Source: the human T2T-CHM13v2.0 reference genome, Homo sapiens. Taken from it: 64,000 bases of DNA. The stretch is from NCBI RefSeq assembly GCF_009914755.1, contig NC_060926.1; one strand, 5' to 3'. Below, one piece after another: positions 49,209 through 64,000 of this stretch (the stretch's first letter is position 1; the number at the start of each line of letters is the position of its first letter). Made by a program: the position numbers and the translations under genes. The notes under the pieces were generated by a model. It was not told where the DNA came from. It did not search any database and saw only the letters and a list, made by a program, of their open reading frames with translations.

Positions 49209-50149
49209 TGTATGAGAAAACTATCTATCCATCTATCCATCATTCATCCATCCATCCCTTTATCACTCCTCCTCAACACTTTCTCCATTTTTAAAATGGC
49301 AGCTAGACCATTCTATTCATCTGTCTCAGGGAAGAGATGTGACAATAGAAAGGAAACATGGGCAGTATTCTTCTAGCTTTGAATTTCAAAGACCAAGACC
49401 CTCGAGGAAACATAAATGATTCAGTATAGACTATCAATTGGGGAATAAGCTTAATGATAAAAGAACTAAACTTTCCATATGTTTAGGCAGTCTACTTCCC
49501 ATGGGCTGGGTTAAGAAAATGATGGATACACAGAAGTTGGTAAATCCCAAAGAAAGTGGAATCTAGTGATCAGCTCCCTAGATCAAGCCCTAGAGAAGTG
49601 GTGAAACCTTAGATTTGTAGCATCTGAAAGCATAGGTAACTTGTATTCCATTATGTAGGGTGGGCTAAAGGAAGACAAAATCACCAAAGGGAAATATCTA
49701 CATGCTATATCTAGGATAGCAAGGCCTAGGTCATCATTTTAAGAGTTTACCACATCCAGTGAGCATTAGAACATGAAAGTAGCAGAAAAAGCCATCGAAG
49801 CTGAAAAGACTTATAGATAGAAGCAAGGGATGCCTTAGCTGTAAACTGTATAGAGTGACCACAAAGGACCACATAGGAAAGAGGATGTCTCAAGGTTTGC
49901 CATCATAAGCATATATCATCAGCAGTCAGCTACCTCCAATCCCCTCCTTCCCACAGTGAAGCCATGACACCAATGAGACTTCTAGAATCTAGAAACTGCC
50001 ATAGGGAGAGAGAGAAATCACATAATGAATGGCATTACATTTCTGCCATCTGGACAAAATAAAAATTAAATTGAATTATAGAAGAATAAACAAATTTATA
50101 TTTCTTGTACAGCCTACTTTGTACAAGAGCTGGAATTACTACCTGCTAC
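49209..50149 (+). mobile_element. Ancient LTR (LTR78-like) splitting a MIR
   Basis: End aataaacaaatttatatttcttgtaca...tacctgctaca; MIR halves at 49155-49208 and from 50150 (cagatgggtaaactgaaattcagaga). Confidence 0.5.
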
Positions 50150-50899
50150 ACAGATGGGTAAACTGAAATTCAGAGAAAGTAAATTGCCCCATGTCACACT
50201 GTCCTCCAATATCCAGCAGAGCTATCGCAGCTCTCTTTCTAACACAATAATTGGAAGGAAAAATTTGATCTTACTTTATATATCCTTGTTTACAGGAATA
50301 CTCCTACTCCTGGAATATGATGGCATAACTGACTTTAAACTATTTTTATCATGGCCTTTTTCTTCAAACAAAATATTATGCAGAATCCCAATATCAAGAA
50401 AAGGTAGACATAGAGCTTCCTTTGATTAAGGTGTGAATGTATATTTCCTAATTTCCTTGAATCACTTCTATGGAATAACAGAACTCTGAAGAACAAGTTA
50501 AAGCTGAGTTAGTGGAAAGGCTACCTTACTCAAAGTGTGGAAACCTGGGACATACCCTCAACTCTAAATGTCACCAGTTGTCCATAGAATAGAAGGCCAA
50601 GCTGCTCTGCAATGCAGTCCTTTCCTTTTTCTAATAAAGTGAGCTAATAATTTCTAGATCAAAATTTTTAAATGATTTGAATATATATAACAATTTCAGA
50701 TTATAGAAATTCTATCTGCCCAGTCTTTTCATAGTTTCCTGGTGTTATGCAAACATTGTGCATTGTTACTCACACCTCTTCTTTTTCCTTTCAAGTAAGG
50801 AAAGTACCCAGTGTCCATCACTACCACCTCTTGGAATAGCATTTGAACATACCAGCACTAATAATCAACTGGATATACAGAGTAGAAAATATCAGACAC

Positions 50900-53335
50900 T
50901 AAGCCTTTAACAGAGAACTGCAAGTGCCAGAGATACTACAAAACATAGCTATTTGAAGGCAGCCAAGGAATCCAGGACATAAGGTATTATAATTTTTAAA
51001 GGGAAAAAAAACACATTAAGATAAACTGACGTTGTTTTCTACTTTCTCCTTGAGGCATTTTACCATAAGTAAGTGACCCAAAGCAAAGGAAAACCAAGAA
51101 TAAAATGGTAGCTCAGAGGCTTCAGTAGTCATATGAGTCTAGGTGGTAAAATATAGATTTCACTGCTACCAAGGCAGCCAAGCCTTGAGGGGTCAAAGTA
51201 TCAGAGAAAAAAAGGAATACAAACATACATGTGAGTCCAACACTTGATACTGTTTTTCTCTTCAAGGCCTTTGCCAATTCTCCAGCTAAAAATAGCAAGA
51301 GTCAGGGAAGCCAAATAGAAAATAACAGTTTAGCAAAACTATTGACAATCTCACCTATTGAACTATTGACAAAATCAATTTTGGAAAACAAAAATTGGAG
51401 TTGAGCCTGACAAGTTGGAGTAATCTGGGGAACATAGAGATTTTCAGTTGAGAACCCTGAAAAACAAATAAACCAGCCCTTACAAAAAGTGAAACTCAGC
51501 TTTAAGACAATTCCTGATCTCAAGGAAATCTGCTCATATTCCAATGCTTGCCAAAAGAAATGTAAATATGATCAGAGGAAAATAACATTATATACAACCT
51601 CTATAATTTTCTTTGTATATATAATGGCAGGAAAAAGTAACTGGGCACACCAAGAGATATGATCAAATAACTGGAAACCAAGAGGAGAAAGAAATAGGAA
51701 ATTCAATAGATGTAGAAATGATTCAGATGTTGGAGTTAAAGTTCAAGGACTTTAACATAAGAGTAATTAATATATTTAAGAAAACAGAAGACAAGACAAA
51801 TCCATAAAAACAAGAAATGAAGTAAGTATTTAAAAATGTAATAACTCAGAAATAACTCAATACAAGGACTTATTGCACATTAGACACAACAACACAAAGA
51901 AAAATATCCAGATAGAGGCCTGGTAGAAAAATGTAAGAAACATATGGAACATGATGGAAAGTTCTAATAGAAATGTAATTAGAGTCATAGAAGGGACAGA
52001 AACTAAGTTTTAAGGCAAAATAGTAAAAACTTGTCCAAATTTTAAAAAAGATACAAAGCCACACACACAAATGTGAATCAAATGTAGGATAAATTCAAAG
52101 AAAAACAGACCTAGTCACAACATAGTAAAATTGCTTATAATCAAGGACAAAGGGAACATATTAAAAAGAGATAAACAGATGATTTACAGATAATTCTCTT
52201 CAAATGAGCAAAAACAAAACTTACAGCTGACTTTTCAAGAGAAACAATGAAGCCAAAGAGCAGTTGAATTCAGTCTGAAAAAAAAACTGTGAAACTATAA
52301 TTCTAAATCCAGCAAATATTTATTTCAAAAATATCGATGATAAAGGACATTTTCAGACAAAAACTGAAAGAAATAATTGTAAACAGAGCTGTGACAAAAT
52401 AATTATTAAAAGCTGTTCTACAAAGAAAGCAAAATGATTTCAGAGAGAAGTTTGGAAGTTCAAGAATAAATGAAGAGATATGTGGATAAACCTATGTTAA
52501 TACTGAATGAATAAAATATTAAAAATTATTATTGAGGGTCTTAGAACATGGAGAGAATTAGAGGCCACAATAGCATATATGTTGGTTGAAGAATAAGTGG
52601 AGTTAAATTATTTCTTGTATTGGCAGAAAATTGGGTAAAATAGTAACTTGTAATAAATTGTAATCAGCCAAGGATTCACACTATAATATCTAGGGTAAAC
52701 ACTAAAAGAGTAATAATGAGATGTATAACTTAAATATAATTAAAGGAAATAATGAAATATTAAAATAGTTACCAGATTATAGAAAAAAGAAAGCAATAAA
52801 TTGAGGAGTATCTTCAAAAACTGATAGATGCATTACCTTTGACTCAGCAATTTTACTCTCAACAGAAATGTATACACGTATACAAATGTACATGATAACA
52901 TTATTCTTAATATCAAACACAGTTTTAAAAAATGGAACAATACAAATTTTCATCAAAAGGAGATTGGATAAATAATGGTATATTTGTACAATAAAATTTT
53001 ATGTACTACTGAAAATGAACACACTACAGCTACAATAAAACATATACATAAATTTTACAAACATAACATTAAGCAATAAAAATCTAGACACAAAAGAGTA
53101 TTTACTATAGGATATCATTATCACAACATTCAAAAATAAGAAAACTAATCCGTGTTGTAAAAATTTTTACATGCGAGTTACCTTGGAAGGGAGGTTACTG
53201 TGATAGAGCATTGGGCAAGCTTCTGGTGTATTGATAATGTGTAATTTCTTCATCTGGGTGGATGCGCCATTTTGTAAAAATGTCTTCCACTGTACATTTA
53301 AAATTTATGTGTTTTTATCCACATGTAATTCAGTA
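50900..53335 (+). mobile_element. Old L1ME-like element: 5' region/ORF1 joined to the 3' end, most of ORF2 missing
   Basis: ORF1-like acagctgacttttcaagagaaacaatgaagcc; 3' region tttgactcagcaattttactc...tttcttcatctgggtg. Confidence 0.65.
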
Positions 53336-54858
53336 ATAAGGAGAAAAGCAGAGAAGAATGAAAATGTAGAAGCACTTTTGGTGTGGTGGATAAAGTCATT
53401 TAGATGAGAATATCAGTAGTGATGTTCCATTAAATGAGAAAAAAAAAGATAGAAGCTTGGGGCAAAATAGTTGCTCAATATTTGTAAGGCACCAGCATAC
53501 ATTTCCTTGCTGAACTCTTATTAAGTACCCCAGAATTGAACAACATATTGTGGTAGATTAGAAAATGTCTCATACCTTGAATAGCTTATTACAAGTCTAG
53601 TAAAGAGTTAAGTTTTACACATCCAAAATAAAGAATAGTCTTTGTAAGTCTGTATCAAGGATAAAATGATATAGGTAAAACTGTAATGCACAGACACTGA
53701 AAATAGAGTGATCAATACTGGAGGAATAAGGGCATAATCCATAGCGTATGGAGCTAGGCTTTAGATGGATAATATCACAGAACTACAATTTTTTGTTTGG
53801 CTAATGGGATTTATTACATATCTTGTCACAGGGATCCTTTGGGAGAAATTAGTTTGTATGATTGTTTATTATAAGAAAATAATTCCATTCTGTATTGCTT
53901 TTTGTGGATTTTTACAGCATCCATAGTAGATCAATTGAGCCACTTTTATAAAATAAGATTCACAATTTATTTTCTTCAGACTCAGTGAGAGGGATTTTGG
54001 CTGTGTGGTGTAAGTGGTGGTTGAAAAAATCTGCCTTCCCATCCTGGTCTCTCTACAACATCATGCCATCTTCCTGGAGCACCATCGAATGGCACTGAGA
54101 GTTCAGTGGAGGCAGGAAAGCCCAGAGAGACAAGCTTAAAAAGAATCCCTTGTGGAAGGTTTTCGGACCAGGGGTTGTTTTTATTTATTTATTTTCAAAC
54201 TGCGTTGACTAAAAGAGTTAATTTCCCCTGAACCTGTAAGCATCAGATGGGCCTGCACCTTCCAAGGACTCTTTTCTTCTTTAAAAGCACAATTGTTGTT
54301 CAGTTTCTCTCAGGTGCAGATTCATTAGCTCTTGACTGGCTCTCCTTGTTTGCTGACTACTTGTGGAAAAAGCCATTTACCCTGGTGAATGTCAAGGTTA
54401 GTGCAAACTGTCCTTGTCATCAGTCTCTCTGGCAGAAGGTCAGGGATAAGCTTTCCTCAAATGGGCAGCATCAAACAAAGCAGAGACTGACTTAACTCAC
54501 CAAAAGGAAGAAAGGAGGTCTGGGCAGAAGTTGATAAATGTTCCTGTGGGCTTTGAGGACAAAAATTAACTCTTCCCTTTCCACTTCAATACCTGTTCCC
54601 TGGAAGATGCCTTATAATATCTGGATATTTTAAAGCATATGAGTTATGTTTATTAAGTAATGAATAGCCACTTACATCTATCAGTAGTTATATCTCTATC
54701 TGTCTGCATATCTATCATCTATCATCTAACTCAGTTTTTTAAACAAGTATTATACCTTTCTGTTTCCAATTTGTAATTATATTCTCTTATCTTACCCTTG
54801 CTCTGATTGATCTTTTTTATTTTTCGTTATTTCTCTCCTCAGCTTACTTTTCTCCCCC

Positions 54859-55808
54859 AACTTTTATTTTAGTTTCAAGGGCACACCTGCAGGTTTTTTA
54901 CATGGACAAATTGTGTGTCGCTGAGGTTTGGTGTACAAATGATCCCGTTACCCAGGAAGCAAGCATAATACCGATAGGTAGTTTTTCAACCCTCACTCCC
55001 ATCCCACCTTCCCCCGAGTAGTCCCCTGAGTCTACTGTTCCCAACTTTATGTCCATGTGTACTTAATGTTTAGCTCTCACTTATAAGTGAGAACATGCAG
55101 TAGTTTCCTGTTCCTGTGTTCATTTGCTTAGGAAACTGTCTTCCAGCTGCATCCATGTTGTTGCAAAGGACATGATTTAATTCTTTTTTATGGCTGTGTA
55201 GTATTCCATAGTATATATGTACCATATTTTCTTTATCCAGTACACTGATGATGGGCATCTAGGTTGATTTCATGTCTTTGCTACTGTGAGTAGTGCTGCT
55301 CTGAACGTATGAATGCATTTGTCACTTTGGTAGAATGATTTATTTTTCTATGAGTATATATCCAGTAAGCAGATTGCTGGGTTAAATAGTAGTTCTAGTT
55401 TAAGTTATTTGAGAAATCTTCAAACTGCTTTCCACAGTGGCTGAACTAATTTATATTCCCACCAACAGGATATATGTGTTCCCTTTTCTCTGCAACCTCA
55501 CCAGCATCTGTTATATTTTTTGACATTTTAATAATAGCCATTCTGACTGGTGTGAGGAACCTCATTGTGGTTTTGATTTGCATTTCACTAATGATTTATT
55601 ATTTTTTCATGGATTTGTTGTCCACACATGTGTCTTCTTTTGAGACATATCTGCTGTGTGTTCATATCTTTGCCCATTTTTAAATAAGGTTATTTGATTT
55701 TTGCTTGTTTTTTTTTAAAGTTCCTTATAGATTCTGAATATTAGAACTTTGTTAGATGTTTCGTATGTGAATATTTTCTCACATTCTGTAGGTTGCCTGT
55801 TTACTTCT
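54859..55808 (-). mobile_element. 5'-truncated L1PA16/17-like
   Basis: aacttttattttag...gtgtcgctgaggtttggtgtac.aatgatcccgt...cacttataagtgagaacatg. Confidence 0.9.
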
Positions 55809-55919
55809 TTAGACAAATGGTAAATGACACATGAAGCACTATCACATTCTGAGATAGTCAGATTTTAATGTATTTTCATAGAATAGTACAATTTTGAAGT
55901 CGAAAGGAACATCAATATT

Positions 55920-56400
55920 AAGCTAGTCCAGCCTTCCTCCCAACAAATAAATCCTCTGGAGCAATTTTGGCAGTGATAACCCAACCTCAGCTTGATCACT
56001 CCTAGTGACTGAAACATCCATCCCTGCCTCACAGGAAGGCCATTCCAATGTGGGGAAGCTTTTATCATTAGAAGGAAAGTGTTGCCTTGTACTTAGCTAA
56101 AAATCCATCTCTGAGGAAGTTTAAACTGTTGGCTCAAGTCCCATCCTCTAGAATGATAAAAAAAAAGCTAGTCCTTCCTCAACACACAGCTCTTCAAATG
56201 TGTGGAAGAGTAATTATGCACCATGTAGGTTGTTCCCTCTCTTGGTCAATTATCCCAATCCTTACATGAAATGACTGCTAAATAAGGCACTTTTCTGTTT
56301 GTGCTCCTCTGAATAACCATTCATTTTTGCAATGGGGGATCCTCCTTAAAATGTGGGATCTAGAAATGTGAACCATATATTTCAGATGTTTATGAATACA
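55920..56400 (-). mobile_element. L3/CR1 3' region
   Basis: tagtccagcc...cctcagcttgatcactcctagtga...ccattcca...ttagaag pattern of antisense CR1. Confidence 0.55.
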
Positions 56401-58924
56401 TATTTATGTATTACATATTATATGTTTTCATATATTTATTATTCTTCCAATGCGTCAATTCCCACATTGATTCTCTGAGGTATTAATTAATATCCAAAAG
56501 ACTTTTTACATAAGCTATACGCAGGCAGATTTGCACTTGTATGTTTGTATTCCAATCACAAGTCACATACCAAGTATATGTTTTTAACTTATTGTATCAA
56601 AGTTTTAACTCAATTATTTGCTAGCCATTCTTGGCCATCTGTTATATTAACATATGAAAGCCCATATTATTATTCCAAAAAATTACTATGAACCTAGTAT
56701 ACTATTCTCTCAGATACACCATTTGCCATACTCCCAACTTCATGTCTTCTCCTCAGAGTTTTGCTGGGAAATTTTGTTTTACTCTTTCAAAGCTATTTGC
56801 AGAGCTCTAGGTCAAATCACAAAAATATAATCCTAAATAATTTTACTGACCTAAACACTTTTCCAGCATAATAAGTCCTACTTTTTGGTCCTCAAATTCA
56901 GAATTATTCAGAAATAAATGATGTCTACTCACAGTTACATTTGTTCAACATCAAGTAGGAATGTGACATCCTTGAGGTGCTTCTTACAGCCTTTGCATTT
57001 TGTCTTCCATATATAATCCTGATTTTACTTTCTCATGACTTTTCTAAATTTTTTTGGGACTTTAATCTTGTAGATCTTCTTCAATCATCTCTAGAATTCC
57101 TCCATATCATGTAATTACCTGAAGCATTAAAAAATGTTCCTCCTTTGCCTGTTTTCTTTTTACCTTCGCCTCTGGCGAGCAAACAAACTTCCATTCATAG
57201 CACATGCAACAGTTGAGTACTTGAAGGAGGAAAATTAACCTAGAATATAACAGGGCATTAGGGCGGTTCCTGCAGTTTCACCCTCTGGATATCCAGAGGA
57301 GCTGCTGCCTTGTATGGCTTCTCCTAGCAACTGACTTGTAAATTGCTATGACAGTCTATCCACTTGCCTTGTGTATTCCCTACTGAAGTACTTATTTTTG
57401 AAAGTCAGCCCAATGACCCAACCCTCTGACCATACCCTTCATGTCCTTGTCTCCCAAGGTCTTAACAATTGACAGATTTACACTCCTAGATAACAGCCTC
57501 ACTTTCTTTAACACCTAAAAATACCAAGACTTTTAGAAGGCTTTGCTCTGGAGTTTTCCCATCTTTTAGAAAGACTCCTATTTTCCTATCTGCATTTAAC
57601 CCTTCCCCTGTCCCCAAGCCACCATACACTTGTTCAGACACTTAACAACTTAGACCTGGGAACCTGCAATAACTTTTGAATTGATTACCCTGTAGACTCA
57701 AAACTCCAAATCTATTCTATACGCAAGCTCAAAATTTACTTTTGCATATATTTCCTGACTCAAAGGCTCCTAGTTTTCCAGTGTGTACCAAGCAAAACCT
57801 CATCTCTGTAGCTTGGCTTTCACAGTAATAAAACAGTTCTAAGCATAATCATACTTTTAAGTTTTAACAAATATAGGTGGCACTGTGACGAACATAATTT
57901 AAGCCATCACCTGAGATCCTTTATAATTATTCTTTTTCCTTAAAAGGAGTCTTTCCATTACTCATTTAACAAGTATGATCCATTTAGAACTATGAAGAGC
58001 ATAATAAACCCTTCAAGAAGATCTGTTGATTTTGATAATCCCAGAAAATGCATATAGATATTGAATCAGTCCAGGAAATATCAAGGATGAGAAGAGTTCT
58101 AAACTAAGTTTATTGTTACTGTTTTTCCTATCGCACCCTCATTGCCACGAGGCTTCCCCAGGCCCCTCAGGTAAAGTGTAAGAACTCCGAACATTCATCC
58201 CCTTCCCCTCTCCTCCTATTGATGGCACGATCTGCACAGGTCGTGAGGGGAGAGGCTCACTCAGACAGCACCTGCTAAGAGGAGGAAAATCAATTTTCAT
58301 CACCCAAAAATACAGAACTGCTGGCACACAAACTAGGTGCTCAAGGTCCCTAGGGTCTAGAAGGCAAGTCCTACTAAGAAAGACATATGTTTGGAACAAA
58401 AGTCAATACTTTCTCCATGTAGCCCGAATAATAAGGGAAGTAGGGAATGAAGAGGCAGCAGATGGAATGTTCCCATGTAGGTCTCCAATTCCACAATAAA
58501 TATCAAGTGGAATATAGAACCATTTTTGCATCACAGTATTTGGTGGAGATCTTTCTGAGAGTAATCTATAAATTCTTTGATATTCTCATCATTCTAAAAA
58601 TGCCAAATTCATCTGAAAAGAATAACTTACCTGTGATTCATGTTTTACTATGTTTACTACAAATTTTACTACTTTTCATTATGACTTTTTATTCCTACTT
58701 TTTTCTATTAGACACTTAACTGATATTTCAAGTTAGAATTTTATAATTTGATTCCTGAGATGATTCGTAGAAAAAGACAAAAGTATAGATTTGCATTCTT
58801 GAAAAAAATAAGTCACAGAGAGGCTGATAAAACCACAAATCCATATACCTTGACACAAGTGAGTGTTACAGTAATACTTTCACCAACATTTTAATTCACA
58901 TTTTAATCACATAAGCAATGCACA

Positions 58925-63192
<4,268 letters not shown>

Positions 63193-63199
63193 AAGTCTC

Positions 63200-64000
63200 C
63201 GTGTGTGTGTGTTTCTGAATGTGTTCTATTCCATTAGTATATTTTTCAATGCCATATTGTTTTAATTACTGTAGCTTTAACATAAGTCTGATATCTAACA
63301 GAACAAGTTCTTGCAACTTGCCTTTGCTACTCGTGCCTTTTTTCTTTTCCGTATACGCTAGGAATTAGCTCACCAATTTCCATAATACAATCTGTTGGGT
63401 AATTTGTTTGGAATTGTATTTAATCTAAATATCAATTTGGGGGGAATTGATATTTTTATAATTTTTAGTCTTCCAATCAATGGACATGGTATCACATCTA
63501 TTTATTTAGAAACTATTTTCTCTCAATATTGTTTTATAGTTTCCTGTGTAGACATCATATACATCATCCATTGATCTGTCCCAAATAACTTCTTATTTTT
63601 GCAAATTAAAATAGTTTCTCCTGATAAATTTCTTCTTCTTTTAGAGGTAATTATACAATAATATAATTGTAATATATGCAAAATATATTTTATCCTTTTA
63701 TCTGTAAACTTGCTACACTCATTAATTTATCTGAAAGGCTTTTAGATTTTTATGATTATGACTATATTATCTTTGATAGTATACATTTTAGTTCTTTTAT
63801 TTAATTCTTATATCTTTTGTTTCTTTTAAAATCTCTTTGCCTTGAAAATGACCCCTAGTACAAAGTTAAATAGCACTGATAGTAGAAAACACCCTTAAAT
63901 CATTCTCAATCTTGAATTCCCTTCAACGTTTCATTACTAAATACGATGTTTGCTACAGGTGTATTTATAGTTATATTTTATCAAATTTAGAGAACTTATT
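63200..64000 (-). mobile_element. Old L1M ORF2 remnant (host of the L1PA insertion)
   Basis: ttttaattactgtagcttta; atcaatttgggggga.ttgatatttt; ttaaatacgatgtttgctacagg. Confidence 0.7.

Noticed and set aside
57282-57299. Perfect 18-bp palindrome cctctggatatccagagg
   Set aside because: About 0.25 expected by chance per 64 kb (4^-9 per position); no supporting context.

Overview
Primate (probably human/hominoid), AT-rich, non-coding genomic DNA. I see no credible protein-coding gene: the ORF track is explained by Alu, L1 and MaLR remnants or chance. Much of the window is interspersed repeat: 6 Alus, many L1s, MIR/L2/L3, MLT1, full-length MST and THE1 elements, and ERV1/ERVL solo LTRs. A repeat-poor ~5 kb block (8.4-13.6 kb) carries a near-perfect CTCF motif and RFX/octamer motifs. 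The most unusual signals are rearrangement scars: (1) a 136-bp locally templated insertion with a 21-bp flanking duplication and snap-back hairpin filler (26198-26430); (2) a ~505-bp non-tandem local duplication (13591-14099 / 15422-15926) whose best-conserved core is a fold-back over a splice-acceptor-like tract; (3) a retrocopied 28S rRNA 3' end; (4) a ~55-nt young L1 stub with a perfect TSD; (5) a near-full-length ancient L1 with five nested insertions and an inversion-duplication. Repeat subfamily names come from recalled consensus sequences and need RepeatMasker/Dfam confirmation. I found no evidence of a novel gene system.
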